Below, one piece after another: positions 43,056 to 57,400 of a stretch of 64,000 bases of DNA (position 1 is the stretch's first letter; each line of letters starts with the position of its first letter). The stretch lies in the NCBI RefSeq assembly GCF_009914755.1, contig NC_060940.1. One strand, 5' to 3'. The DNA is from the human T2T-CHM13v2.0 reference genome, Homo sapiens. Made by a program: the position numbers and the translations under genes. The notes beneath the pieces were generated by a model. That model searched no databases. It had not been told where the DNA came from and was given only the letters and a program-made list of their open reading frames with translations.

Positions 43056-44436
43056 TAACCTAGCACCAAAGAGATTAAGTAGTTTGTTTACAACACCTAA
43101 TATCTGGAGGGGTTGGGATGTAAAAGCAGGTCTGTCTGGGTCCCCTCTGAAGCCTGTACCCCTTCTGCTGAACCAGGCTTAGAAGAGACAGGGACAGGAG
43201 ATGTGTTTTAAGAGGTCAGGCAGAACCAATCCCCCAGGATTTCAAAGGCAGCGTCTTGTTCTAAATGAATGATCAGGAAAGGCATGAGGCATGCTTGGTG
43301 TTCAGAAAGGATAATCGTCAACTTGAAGCTAATCCACTTCACATCAAGCCAGAGTCTCTAAAGCCACTTGGTGGACAGGTCCTTCCTCCACTCCATTCCA
43401 GTCAAAGACTTGCTGTGCTGGAGCTCGAAGCTCTGTCTTTTTTGTCTCCATTTGGCAATACTTGGGGAGCTCATCCAGGGACACAGGGACTTCAGGGCCT
43501 GTGTCTAGAAATTACAAACCACAGACAAATATTGGAATTCTTTCTTCACTGACACTGTCATGTTTTCTCAGGGACATTTCAATTTTCCAGCCTTTAGCTG
43601 CTCCCTGTGAGCTGAGTGAGGGTTCTATCTTGGCAGTGTGGGGCTGGATCGCCTATTAAAGTCTTCATTTGTGCTTTGTTCTCCTGTTCCCTATCCCATT
43701 GAATTTAAAATGCTATTGATTTTTAAAAGGCACCACTGTTTTGTATTTCACTAAGAAAAAACAAAACATACTACCAATTAACCGATGACACAAGAAAAAT
43801 GCACATCTCAGAATAAATAAAATGAGGTGTTTTCTGAGAAGGTAGCCAGTCCTTTGTATGTTTCGTCTGGAAGGTGGACCTCCTTCCTAACATTTGGTTT
43901 TGAAAATCAAAGCTTATTAAGGAAATAATGTTAGATGGGTCTTGAAAAAGTGAGGATGAGGGAGACAAGTTCTTCTGGGGGCTGGAGCAGATGTAAGAAG
44001 CACAGAGAGAAGAGAAAAGTGAATCCTTAGTCTAGGAAGGTGGTCAGGCTCTGGGAGGGGTTGAAATCTGTGGTTGGCTTCCTCGTAAGGGTGTTAAGAG
44101 CTCAAGCTGATGGTCAAGGTGCCTCCTTGAAGGTGTACTTAGGTGCTGGCTTTCAGCCTCCACTGAGGCTCCCACGGCCAAACAAGACTCATCAGCAGTA
44201 TAGCTGCCTGACTCCAGAGGGCTAAGTGGCTTGAGATCGCTCAGAATATTTGGCACTTTCTAAGAACTTTGAGGCTCTTTCTTAGTCCTTGAGAGTGGGA
44301 AGAAGCTCTGATAATAACTAGGATTGAATTTCCTGACTGACCAATGGGATGAGGCTGGGATTAAAATTTAATTCAGAGGAAATAAAGTACTGTGACAATT
44401 TTGTCCATTTAGTTTATAGAACAAGTGCTAAATTGA

Positions 44437-44764
<328 letters not shown>

Positions 44765-45162
44765 CTAAATTTTTTTTTTTTAATTGAAAACCTACTCTGG
44801 GTGGAAACAATCCTTGATCCCAGCCCCAGTTCCCCCAGAATTTTCTGTGTGGCTCCATGGGGTTTTACCTGGTATTTCTCATCATGACACTATAGGTATT
44901 GGGGCTGGGTGAATCCTGCACATTGAAGATGGTTTTGCATATTGTTTAACCCTCCCATGGTCAGCGGTGTCCCCTCGGTCACTATGAAAACATAAAATGC
45001 TCCCTACATTTCCAAATGACTCTTATGGTGAGGGGTGCCACCTCTGAGTGAGAGCCACTGTAATAATGGGCTACAGCCATGGCTTTGCTGAGTGATGTAA
45101 GCCACTCAAACTCTCTGGGCTTACACTTCATTCATCACTGCATTGTCATAATTTAAGGATAA

Positions 45163-45461
<299 letters not shown>

Positions 45462-46248
45462 TAACTTCTTAATAGGGCAGCAAAAAAGTGTATAAAACAA
45501 AGAAACAATCCCCAAAACAACCAGCTGCATAAAAATATACTCTCTGAGGGTAAGCAGGGGAGAAATCAAATATATGTCATTATTAGTGCTGCAATGGTTA
45601 TTCTTAGAATTACTAAAAATGCAAGAAATTCTAAACAAGTGCTACTTATCTGGTTTCTGTTCAACATAATCAAGAGAACTGGGAAAAATAAACCATGATC
45701 ATCATAATAAGTACTTAATTTCAGACTAGGGATCATAAGAAAACCACTTGGTTTGGTAAGGGAAAAGGGAATGAAAGGAAGTTTTCCTTATGTAGCATTT
45801 CTCTGTGCCAGATACTACAGTAAATCAGGGATCTCTCATTTGATCTTCATTGCAATGCTGAGGTGGGTGGTGGTGTTCCCATTTCACAGATGAGCCAACT
45901 GAGACTCAGGGAGGTTATATCACTTGCCCAAGGTCATGCTGCTGGGAATGAGTAAAGACAGTCTTCAAAACAAGGCTCCAAGATCTATAATCTTTTCATA
46001 CAAAACACTCTGCATGTCAAACAGACGAGAGCATTTACTGAAGCAGCTTTCAAGGCAGCCTGGCTGGAAGGAAAATTCAAATCGTGGCTGCGGGGCAGTC
46101 AAGGCAAATCTGAGGAGGTGGGGCTGAGCATAGACGGTTGGGTGAGCTGAAAACAGGAGAGCCAGCTTAGGGTCAGAAGCCAGGAGGACTGAGCTCAGGG
46201 TGGAGCTCAGTGGGAGGAATGGGTCAGAACCAGGCATTCATACTGAGC

Positions 46249-46293
46249 TTGTGTGTGTGTGTGTCCGTGTGTGTGTGTTTATTTGTTTGTGTG
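46249..46293. repeat. Interrupted (TG)n microsatellite
   Basis: Visible in the sequence. Confidence 0.85.
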
Positions 46294-47509
46294 TACGAGC
46301 ATCACTGCGCCCACGTCTTCCATGTTGCTTGCTTGGACTGGATGCAAGAATGTGAATGGAGACTGAAAGAGGCTATGCAGTGTTGATGGATAATTGACTG
46401 TGTCCCCATTGTGCTTGCCTCTAAATGGAGATCCTCCCATAAAGGGAGTTCTGTTTGGGCTTCCCTTGGAAGTCCATTGAAAGCGTTTCACATTTCAATG
46501 CTTCTTTACATTCTCCTCTAGAATGAATCTGGAAGGGCCATTTCATTCCAGCCCTATCAGATTTACTACTTCCTCCTGTTTAGCCAGTTAGCAGGATGCG
46601 GAGAGTGCTCTATTCTGGGCACCAGCAAGTCACAGCTCTATCCTTGGGACTGTCCGGGTTAGGTCTCTCTGCCCTCCCAAGGTTTCTGCTGTTGTTGCCT
46701 CCTTGAAAGGTCTAGTCTCCCTTCTGCATAGAACCTCTGCTTTCTGAAATCGGTGGCTCCACTGTGTGTGCTCCAGCCATGCTGAACACGTTTCAGATCT
46801 CCAGATGTGCTGGGTTCTCTCAGGACTCCAGGCCTTTGCACTCCTGGGTCCCTCAGCTTGGAGCACTCTTGCCTCTCTGCAGCCTCTATGCCTGGCTGAC
46901 TCATCCTTCAGATCTTAGCCAAGGTATTGCTTCCCTCAAGAAGACTTTCTGATGCTGCGGGCTGAGTAGGGATCCATGTTTATGCTCCCCTGTCACCTTG
47001 TGCCTCCTTTTATCCAGCATTTTTTCATCACTCCCAAATGGCAATTATGGTTGTCTGGTCACCTATCAGTGGACTCTGTTAGGTGGTCAGCATTTTGAGG
47101 CTAGGAACTCTATTTCTTTTATTTGCCATGGGTCTAATTTTGCAACTCCCCAGTTTTTTGCAGCTACCCAGTTGTTATTGACAGTACTGGCACTCCCTAT
47201 TTAAATGCAGGGGAAAGTTCCAAAAACCTCTTATGGGAAGAAGACTTGACTAAGACTGTCAAGGTGAAATGAATGGTGACCACCTGGTTTAGTTTGATAA
47301 AACTAGAAAGCTCACGTTTTCTAACTAAGTGTTCTTCTGATGTTAGACCGACCATCCGCCCTTCTGAATTATAAGAAATTGTCTTTTGTTGAAATTACAC
47401 GTATTCCTGGGAGTTTGAACCAAGTCGTTTGGTATGAGTTTTTCTCAGTCATCCCAAATTGGGGTGATCAGAGGGAGTACCAGAGAAGGTTTAAAAAAAT
47501 ACAAATTCT

Positions 47510-47805
<296 letters not shown>

Positions 47806-49557
47806 ACCCAAAATGCTGGTCACCAGTAACAGAAAGTATGATTTAGTTGGACTCCAGAATGAATGGGTCATTAGCATACTGAATACTCAGCCAGCCTTTT
47901 AAAGGAAAAGTTTATACCACCTGTAGAACTGCATATTCTGATGATAGTTTACAGGGTTGGATTTAGTTACAGAATCCAGTTTGTCACAGATATACAACTT
48001 AATGTCATCTGAAAAGTACAGATTGACTTAATCCATCTTCATTCCAGCTTCCTTCTAAAATGCTGTTCTCCCTAGAAAGATGTAAACTACATCTCTCAAA
48101 GAGGGTTTCAGACTACCAGATGCACCTGAAACTCAGATTCGGCACTGAGTTAAGTAAGGAGAGAAGCACCCTTTTTGCTGGTGCAGCCCATAGCAGAGGC
48201 GACTTGGACTTATAGTTAGCAGATTCTTAGCTTGGCTAGCAGCTTCTTTGTTATGTTGGGAACAGAAATTCTTTTGGGGCTCAGTCTTGTTGTGTTGATT
48301 TGGGATTCACTACTAGAAGCTCAATCTAGAAGCTGTTTCTTCTATTATCTCAATGATTCTAAAATCCATCAATGTGAAAAGCAGTACACAAAACACAGAA
48401 ATCTGCGCCTTGACTGGCTGAAGTGGATTCTGTTCTCTGCAACCAAACCCTTGACAATCATCTGTGCATTCTAATTCAAACCAATCATTCAGTCTACATC
48501 ACTCATAACCTACGGCTCTTGGAGAAGTTTAGTTCTTTCCTACAGAATCTTCTCTCCATAAAGATTTTTTTTTTAGTTTTTTGTTTTTGTTTTTGTTTTG
48601 TTACTTTAGCTATTTCCTACAGGAAGGATCTCTCCACAAAGCCTTGACCAATAGCAAATTGTACCTTGATCTCATAAAACCTAGAATATTTGCTTCCCCT
48701 GTTTCCCATTCTAGATGAACATCCATCAGTTACTGATCTCTTCCCTTTCTAGAGCTTTTACTCTTTTGTCAGTAGTTAACCTAATGTCTGGCACAGCAGA
48801 GGTTCTTACAAACAAATGCTTAATGAATTAATTAAATAACGAATTAGTGACTGAGTGGATGAATGAATGAGTAGGGGAGGGGGTGATGCATGTCAAATGG
48901 CACCACAGTATCTGGTTCAGAGTAGGTGTTCAATGAATAACCAGAATAAAGACCTGAACAAGTCAATGAGGTGAGTGTAGTGTCTATCACGGTGCTTCAG
49001 TACATAGTAGATGCTTACTAATTTTTACTGAATGAATTAATGAATGATGTCCATATAATGGCTCACATAAAGCCAGGCCTATAAAATTTTTAAATAAATG
49101 AATGATAATTTTCTATATCTGTGTGGGTTATTTTCTCCATGACCTCTGCCTCCATTACTTCCCATTCATCTTGGCCAGGTTCCCGTCTCTTGTCTTGGTG
49201 CCTTATTTGGCCCTAAACCACCCATCAATATCCATTCATCTGTCTTTTGTCAGCCAACTTCCAGCTCATTCCCGACCAACATTTTCAAGTATCCACATTT
49301 ACCCACCTTACAGAAATGGGGTGAATTATAATTCATACTCACCAACTATCTGCCTATTATTTCTTAGGCACCTACTAGTTGGCACTAGAGAAGTACCATG
49401 TCCAAGGTCACACAGCTAGTAAGTGGCAGAGCCAGAATTTGAACATTGGTCTCTTTAATGCCAAAGCTACTGTTTTCTCTACAATATGCTGATTATGTAG
49501 CTATAGAACATATGTGAAACAGATCACATTTGCATCTTAATGCACATACATCTACAT

Positions 49558-49769
49558 CAGGGTCTTTTAGCACAGTGACATCCTGGACTGGATAATTCTT
49601 TGTTGTACGGAGCTGTCCTGTGTATTGTAAGACATTTAGCAACATCCTTGGCCTCTACCCACCAGATGCTAGTAGCATCCCCTTCATTTCAATTGTGACA
49701 ACTAAAAACGTCTTCAGATATCCCCAAATTTCTCTTAGGGGAAGTATCTGCCCTGGTTGAGAGCCATTG
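49558..49769. mobile_element. MER20 DNA transposon
   Basis: GGATAATTCTTTGTTG..CTGTCCTGTGTATTGTAAGA..CTCTACCCACCAGATGC; 8-bp TSD atctacat / atatacat. Confidence 0.88.
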
Positions 49770-52144
49770 ATATACATAATAGAAGAAGAAGTAGTTCAGC
49801 ACGTTTGCAAGGAGGGAAGGGGCTCAGAGTTGGTGAGACCCTAAGCTAGCCAAAACCTGGGTTTGGCCAATGAACAGATTGGCTGGGAAGTCCTCTCCAG
49901 GGATTAAGCTTAGCCTATACCTTGTCAAGATGTGGCAACACCATGTAAATTCTGTACCCTAGAAGCTAAAATGAGGAACGTCTGATCTCATCAGAAACAG
50001 TGGGGTGCTAGCTTCAGTCCTGCTACTAAGTGGTTGTGTGGTCTTGGTTCAGTCTCCATCATGATGATAACAGGTTATTAATGGTTTTTATGTGCCAGAC
50101 ACTGGTCTTAATGCTTCATATGTATTTGCTCATTTAATCCCTATGACAATCCAATAAAATCGTTACTAAGATTGCCACATTTTATAGGTAAGGGAACTTG
50201 GCAAGAAAGGCTATGTTACAGCTAAAATTACACACGGTAGAGTCAAAATGAAAACACAGGCTCTGAAGTACTCATTTGATCTCTGAGCCTATTTCTACTA
50301 AGTGTAAAATGAGAGGTTGGATTAGCTGATTTCTTAAATATCTGCCCGTCTGAAAATTCCAGGATTCTAGGCAGTCGTGAATACAGCATGTATTTATTGA
50401 GCATCAGTATATGCTGGACAGTAAGGGGCATGAAAATTCTCCAAGAATTTATAGTTCTACAACAGGGGAGGTAAGACTTGCATGTTTTTATTTTTAAAAA
50501 GTAATTGTAATGGCCACTATTAACTGAGCTACTGTTAGATGTCACTCATGCATTGTACATTTGACCCGAGTTAGCTTTAGTCCTCATAAGAACCCTGTAG
50601 GGTCAGGAATGCCTCTTCTCAAATAAGTAACTGGGGCTCAGAGAGGTGAAGTGACTTGCCACACAAAATTAGAGAGGTTTACAAAAAGTGCAGAGTGGGA
50701 GGCGAGTTTCTCATCTCAGGCTCAGATGGGCCACCCTTCCTCTCTGTCATTTAGGGGAAGCAGTAGGAGGACAGTGTAAGCCCCAAATGCAGAAGGCTTG
50801 ACTTCTTTAGCTCTAAGACTGCTCACAACCAAGTGTCTTTCTTTCTTTCCTAAGAAAGTCCATGGAGGGACAGAGAGACTCTGGATGGTTGTTGGACGAC
50901 TGGAGAAGTTGGTAGCTCCGTCAGTAACAACCGCAAAGCAATTAGGTTCCAGGTATGGAATAGATGATGCTGCCCCCACCTGGAGTCCTTGGCCTTGGTG
51001 TCACCATAACCACTCCATGTTCTATCCACAAGCCTAGCATGATCCTTTTTCCATGCCTTGTTCATGTTCTTTCTTCAATATGGCCACCTCTTTCCAATTC
51101 CTCCACCCCACTATCACCCCTTGACAAACTCCTACACATCTTTTGTGACTACACTCAAAGTCACCTCATCCCAGAAATCTTCCACAATTTTCCCAGTTTA
51201 AATGGCAACTCCCTCTGTGCTTCCTTAGTTCTTAGTTTATTTCTTATTTTTATAGTCATTATTCATATTTATGTCTTCTCCAGTCCCACAGAAGTTCTTA
51301 AAAGGCAGGGACTTGTGTTTTACTTATAAATCCAAGTGCCTGGTTGATAATAATTTGTGCCCAGTTGATAATAATATTCCCTCATTCTTTTGTAATAGTC
51401 ACACAATATTTGTTTTGTATCATGCAAGCACTGTGGTAGGCTTTGTAGTAGATAAGTTTGTTCTGGAAGCTTTCCTGGAACCCACAGCCAACTTCAAGAA
51501 AAAGACCATCTAACAAAACTTGTGACAGAGTGTTCTGAGTGGTCCATACAGGGCAAGAGGAGGGAGACTGTCTCTGCAGGAGCTCAGGAAGAATTTTCCA
51601 AAGGAAATGCTCCAGGTGAGCTTTGAAATGTAAATATAAGTGGGGGCTTTTCAGGCAGACGAGTGGGTGGACAGGAGAGGCTTTCTAGTTGGAGAAAGAA
51701 AGCTTGCACAAAGGCTGAAGATGAGAAACAGTGAAGTGAGGTTTGCATAGCATGAATGCAGGGTAGAATTTGTGCAGGGTGGCAGGGGATATGGCTGAGG
51801 GGTGGGTATTGAGGGGACAGGGTGTGAGAGATTCTGTATGTCCTACTGAAGGGTTTGAGTTTATTCTGTTAGGTGAGATGGAATGTCTACCCAGACTGGT
51901 AACCAGTCACTACCATCCCTGGGCAGAGCCTGGGCAGCCGTCTTTGTTGCAGGTGAGTCCACATCCCTTGGGCATGGCTGGTAGGACCAGGGATAAACAT
52001 ATGCCCCAAATTGGACCAACCTCAAGTCTTCTCCCCATGACTTGTAATTGAAACTGAGGAAGAGTCAAGACATTCTCTTCTTGTGGCTAAGACTTGACAT
52101 GTGAAATCACTTGGTAAACTCCATTTTAGGCTTCTTATTGTGAG

Positions 52145-52521
52145 TGTTATAGGCCGAATTGTATCTCTGCAAAACTCAGATGTTGAAATCTTATTCCCTA
52201 GTCCTAACCTCAGGACATCTTTGGAGATGGGGTCTGTCTTTAAGGCAGTAATTAAATTAAGCTGGATCATTAGAATGGGTCCTTACTCAATATGACTGAT
52301 GTCCTGCTAAGAAGAGACTACGACACAGGTGCATGCAAAGGGAACACCTTGTGAAGACACAGCGAGAAGGTGGTCACTTACAAGCCGAAGAGGAAGGTCT
52401 TAGAAGAAACCAACCCAGCAGACACCTTGACCTTAGACCTCTTTTTTGTGAGAAAATAAATTTCTGTTGCTTAAGCTTCCTAGTTTCAGTAGTTTGTATG
52501 ACAGCCTAGCAAACTAATACA
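52145..52521 (+). mobile_element. MaLR LTR (MLT1B-like)
   Basis: TGTTATAGGCCGAATTGT...GCAAACTAATACA; TSD gtgag/gtggg. Confidence 0.85.
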
Positions 52522-52760
52522 GTGGGTCTCTGGCTAACATCTTAACCATGTGGCCATCTTGCTTGTGTCTCTGCTCAGCAGCCCCCAAAGGACAGCCCCT
52601 CCTGCCACCTCACATTCACAATGATAATGTTCAGGCATCTGGTGGTGGGAGGTGGGGGCTGCTTTCCTCCCTAGTCTGGGTACAACTTGCCTGCTGCTCT
52701 CAAACTAATACGTGCACACTGGACTCTGAGAAATGTTTGAGCAATTCTATGTTCAGGGTT

Positions 52761-52900
52761 AAGCCAGGTGTGGTGGCTCACACCTATAATCCCAGCATTT
52801 TGGGAGGCCGAGGTGGGAGAATCGCTTGAGTCCAGGAGTTGGAGGCCAGCCTGGGTGACATGGCAAGACTCCATCGCTCCAAAAAAAAAAAAAAAAAAAA
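52761..52900 (+). mobile_element. FLAM_C (free left Alu monomer)
   Basis: Single arm plus poly(A); TSD ttcagggtt / ttcaaggtt. Confidence 0.85.
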
Positions 52901-53859
52901 TTCAAGGTTTTGGTGTTAAGTACTGAACTACACAGTGTTGCGGACAGCTGGACCTTAGTTTGGTCATGTCCCATGTGGATGCTTTCTCCTTGCCTAATGT
53001 TCTCCGTTTTCTCTTACCTTTCCCAAGCCCTCTCCATTCTACTCCTCCCTTCAGAGTACTCTTGCTCTCCCACCTTCCCACCCATTTAGGCATCCATATC
53101 CCACTCCAACAAAATCGTAAAGTCTCCATACCCACCAGTCCTTTCGGGTATCTGGCAGATTTGCCAACCTCAGGATCTGACAGTCAAGAGCTCTTCTCTT
53201 GCCCCTTGGTTACCGATGCCTGCTGAGGGCAGTTCCAACTCAGGCCAAGCTGGCCAAGCTGTGGGAACTGCTTTTGTCCTGTGGATAGATTGAAGCTTCT
53301 CCTTCTTCTCTGCATTTCTGTGCCTGGTTGTTCCCCAGAGTGTTCAAAATGAAACTGATCTCATCCCATCACCCCAAGAATTAATTAATTTCCAAAACAC
53401 ATCCCTGCCATGCACTCATCCTTCTGATCTGCATGAGAATTTAATATTCCTTTTAGTAAGATGACTTTGCATTTATTTCTTGTAAGTTAATACCCTGGCC
53501 CTATTATGTTCTCATTTGCCCCTTTCTTGATGAGAGTTAAATCATAAATCCACTTAACTTGGCAGGGAATGCTCATGCCAAGTTCCATTTGTGTTGTCGG
53601 GCTAACTGGTCTTGTTTTACTTCAGACTGTAAGTATAAGCCTAGAAATGGTGAGATGGACATAGTTGACCTGCCCTGGGCATGAAGGGGCACAGAACACT
53701 GGGAAGAAAAAGAATAATGAAGTAGACATCCAAGAGAAACAGAAAGGAGTGATGGAGAGATGGAATATGTCCTGAGTTCTAGACAGTATTCTGTTTTGTT
53801 GTTGTTATTTGTTTCCGCAGCTTTCTTGTCCTTAGGTGGCCATGATAGATATTCCACTA

Positions 53860-54300
53860 ATCCCAGATATACACTCCTCTTCCTATCATAGTAGTTGAAC
53901 CCCCAGTCTTCAGTGGGGTACATGGATGCCCAGATGAAAGACTACATTTTCCAGCTTCCCTTGCAGTTATGTGTGGCCATGAGGATGAATTCATGAGTGG
54001 CATTGATGTGTATGACTCCTGAGTTGTGCTCTTAAAGTGAAGTATTGCTTCCTTCATTCACCTTTCCCTCTTCCCGTGGGCTACATGGCAGATGTGTTAG
54101 TATTTCTTAGGACACTCAGGTAAGAACAATCTCTAGGCATAGCTGAGCAAGAAGATGGAAGGATCCTGGGTCCTGGACAAAAGGGACTCCCCTCGCCAGC
54201 CCTCGCCTGCTTACATCTGAACAATTACATGGGTGAGAAATAGCTAACTTATTTAAGCCACTATATATTTGGACTCTGTTACATCACAGGGATCTATATC
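53860..54300 (+). mobile_element. Old MaLR LTR (MLT1G/H-like)
   Basis: ACTACATTTTCCAGCTTCCCTTGCAGTTATGTGTGGCCATG..AAGATGGAAGGATCCTGGGTCC..TTTAAGCCACT. Confidence 0.7.
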
Positions 54301-56639
54301 CATCCTGATTTCTATAGGTGTTTTTTTTGTTTTGTTTTGTTAAACACCATCTGTTTATCTCTTTCTACCATTCCTGAACTTAATCTAAAATCTAAAGTAA
54401 GAGAGCTCACTGCTCCTCTCTTGGTCACTCACTCCATAAAAGTGGTATAGCTGGAGCTACTACAGCCATTCTCCCACTGAGTGAAGGCCAATGGGAATGG
54501 GGAAGATGAGGGCAACACTCAGTGGGAAGGAGAAATGCGGAGAAATGGGAGCTAGAGGCACCCGACAGCATTTGAGCTCCTGGTTCCAGTGGTTCCTGAA
54601 GTAAATTGTACCTCACTCTCTCTGCAGTTTCCCGAAGTGGCTCACTAAATTCTGCCCTTTTGGGATGAGGCTCATGGAGTTCTATTTCTTTTTTTCTCCA
54701 TGCTACCAGGAATCCTTACTAACTCCCATAAGCTATCATAAATTCTCTCTGCCCTTATCTCTTCCTCCTGCTAAAGTTTGCTGTATTTCATTTTTATTTC
54801 TGGCTACTACTGAGTTCTAGAGTCTAAAGAAAGTTAGTGGTGGCTTTTAACAGGATGAGAGATGGGGTCAGTTAGCCTTTTAGGATGCTCACTTGAGGGT
54901 TCGTGAAAGTTTTTATCTAATGAAGATTTGAATTCCCTGCAGCCAGGCATGAACAGAGAGGTCTCTGCAGGACCTAGTGTAGTTGCCTAAATTTCAAGCC
55001 TTCATCACTTCCAGAGCGGGACAATGCTTCTCGCACTCCCAAGATTCCTAAAGGCTCAGACCACAGCTGCTTCACATTCCAAGAGTAACCTAAGAGTCCT
55101 TCTGAGGTTGATTAGGAGACGTGGGGATAAAAATTGGGTACGCATTTCAGAGGAAGACTGCACACATTTTCATTCAATAAAAGCTAATAAAGCAGGATGG
55201 TTAAGTAAAGTAACTTACTCAACCTCCCATGGCTTATAAATGGTAAGTAGTCTCAGACTTGAAAGCAGATCTAAGCCTTGGCTTCCTCATCTGTCAAATG
55301 GTGATAATAATCTCCATTTCACCAGATTACTGTGAGGCGTAATTGAAATAGTGTCCATTAAGTGATTGCCTTGGTAAGTTCTCAGTAAATGGTAGCTGCA
55401 ATTATTTTTATAATTATGATTATTACTAGACAACTCAATGGATGCTCTGGTCCTGGCCTTGAGAAGTTGGATCAGAGAGATGGGAGGCAGGGTTTTCATA
55501 CTCCACAAGTCCATGCCTCTAATGCGAAGAGAGTCCTCTACACACTGAGCTCACCTTAGGCATCATCAGGACTGAGAGGAGATCACAGAAAAGGAATCTT
55601 AAGGGAAATTGCACTTTATAGACTTTCCCCCAGGGCACAACCATTTCTCTTTCCTGTGGGAAGCAGATATTTGAGTTTTAGCTTTAGAGATGCCTTCTCC
55701 CTAAGGGGACCTTGGCTCTGCTTCTAGAGCAGAGGGGATGGGGAGAGGTCTCACATGTTTAGAGCTGCCTGCAGATTCCTGGAAGCTATAGCTGCTCCCC
55801 CTGTGTGTTGCACCCCATGGTCTTCTCTGCAGCTGGGCCCAGAGCAAAGCTTTAATTAATGCTAGAAGGACACCCACAGCTTCATTTAGATTCTTCCTGG
55901 AAGCAGAGGCAAAATCTCAGGTGCAGTGGGGGAGAATCTGCCCAGGGGTCATTCCTGTGCTGAAAACCTCTTGTGTTTCACATGGCCTTTAGGGAAAAGA
56001 CCAAAATCCTTAGCATGAAAGACATGGCACCATGTAACAGAAACTCCCACACAGTGGGCCATGGCGCACTGGTAAATTCAAACCCGTCATAAAAAGTCCT
56101 CCAAATTTGATCCATGTTTATATGGCAGCAGAAGCTAAGGCCCTCAAGGGGCATGTTTGAGAAATGTTTGATGGTCACTGTTAGGCAAATTTACAAGCTA
56201 AAGATGAATACTGAATTGTTTAAGAGAGGAAGAATTTTCAGAGGCAGTGTAAGAGAGACGGAAGATAGATAAAAGGGCTGGTAGGAATGAGGAACTGGAG
56301 AAAAGGGGCAGAGGTGTTTAATGGAGCAAATCGAGGATGTTTCATTGTATGGTATGCAACTTAATCCTTCTTTCTATCCTGTCACTGAATCTGGTGGAAA
56401 CTATCCAATTTTATCAATAGGATGTGGAGTGAATTTATTTTGGGGGTCTGTTGAAGTGTTTATTTTGGCCTTCCCATGGGTGAAGGCCCAGCTTGAATGC
56501 TGCCCATGAGAGACCCCTTACACCTAGTTATGTTTGCAATTTATTTTTGCTGCAATTTAGAATAACATGACAACTGTAGATATTCCAAGAGGAATATTCC
56601 TCTGTAGGCATATTGCAACATCAGAGGGGAATAGCCTCA

Positions 56640-56742
56640 GATGTAAGCTCCATAAAAGCAAAGCATGTTGTCTGCTTTATTCACTGCTGTATTCCTAATG
56701 CCTAGAACAGTGCCTGGCATACAGCAGGTGCTGAATGAATAA
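56640..56742 (+). mobile_element. L2 3' end
   Basis: TGTAAGCTCCAT..TTCACTGCTGTATTCCTAATGCCTAGAACAGTGCCTGGCATACAGCAGGTGC. Confidence 0.8.
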
Positions 56743-56862
56743 TGATTGTTCTGTGATCTCTTCTGTCTACCTCTCTTGCCTCTTTTCCCATCCTACTGCA
56801 CATCTTCTATGCTTTAATACCACTAAAGTGCTTCCAGCTCTGGGATATGCCCCACTTTATAA

Positions 56863-57400
56863 CTCATTGATTCATACATTCATTTGGCAAAAATACACTG
56901 ATTTCCTGTTTTGTGCCAGGCATTGTGCTAGAAACTGGAGACACTTGGAAAGCAAAATGTAGAGTTATCTGACAGTCAGTGGAGAGAGCATCATTCCAGT
57001 AATTACACACACACACACACACACACAAAATTTATACAAATATAAACCTGCAGGCTAGGACAAATGCCAAGAAGAACAATTGTGCTACAAGATTAGATTA
57101 TAGTAGGATTTGTTCTGGATTGAGAAGGTGCTATTTGATCTGAGTTCTGGAGGTCCACTAGCAACTAGAAGATTATCAGTGTGGCTAGAGTAGTTGAAAA
57201 CATGTTTGTGTGTGTGAGGGTCATGTTCGGATATGAGATCAGATGGGTGGGCTGGGGCCAGGCCCTGCAGAATCTTGCAAGCCATATTAAATGTTTTGGT
57301 CTTTATCCTAGAAGCAATGGGGAGCCATTGAAGAGTTTTAAGTGAGGTGAAGGTGTTTGATATGATCAAATTTGCTTTATAAAAAGATCATTCTGGCTGC
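56863..57400 (-). mobile_element. L2 fragment containing (CA)n at ~57005-57027
   Basis: CATTCATTTGGC..TGTGCCAGGCATTGTGCTAG; GCAATGGGGAGCCATTGAAG..AAAGATCATTCTGGCTGC. Confidence 0.75.
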
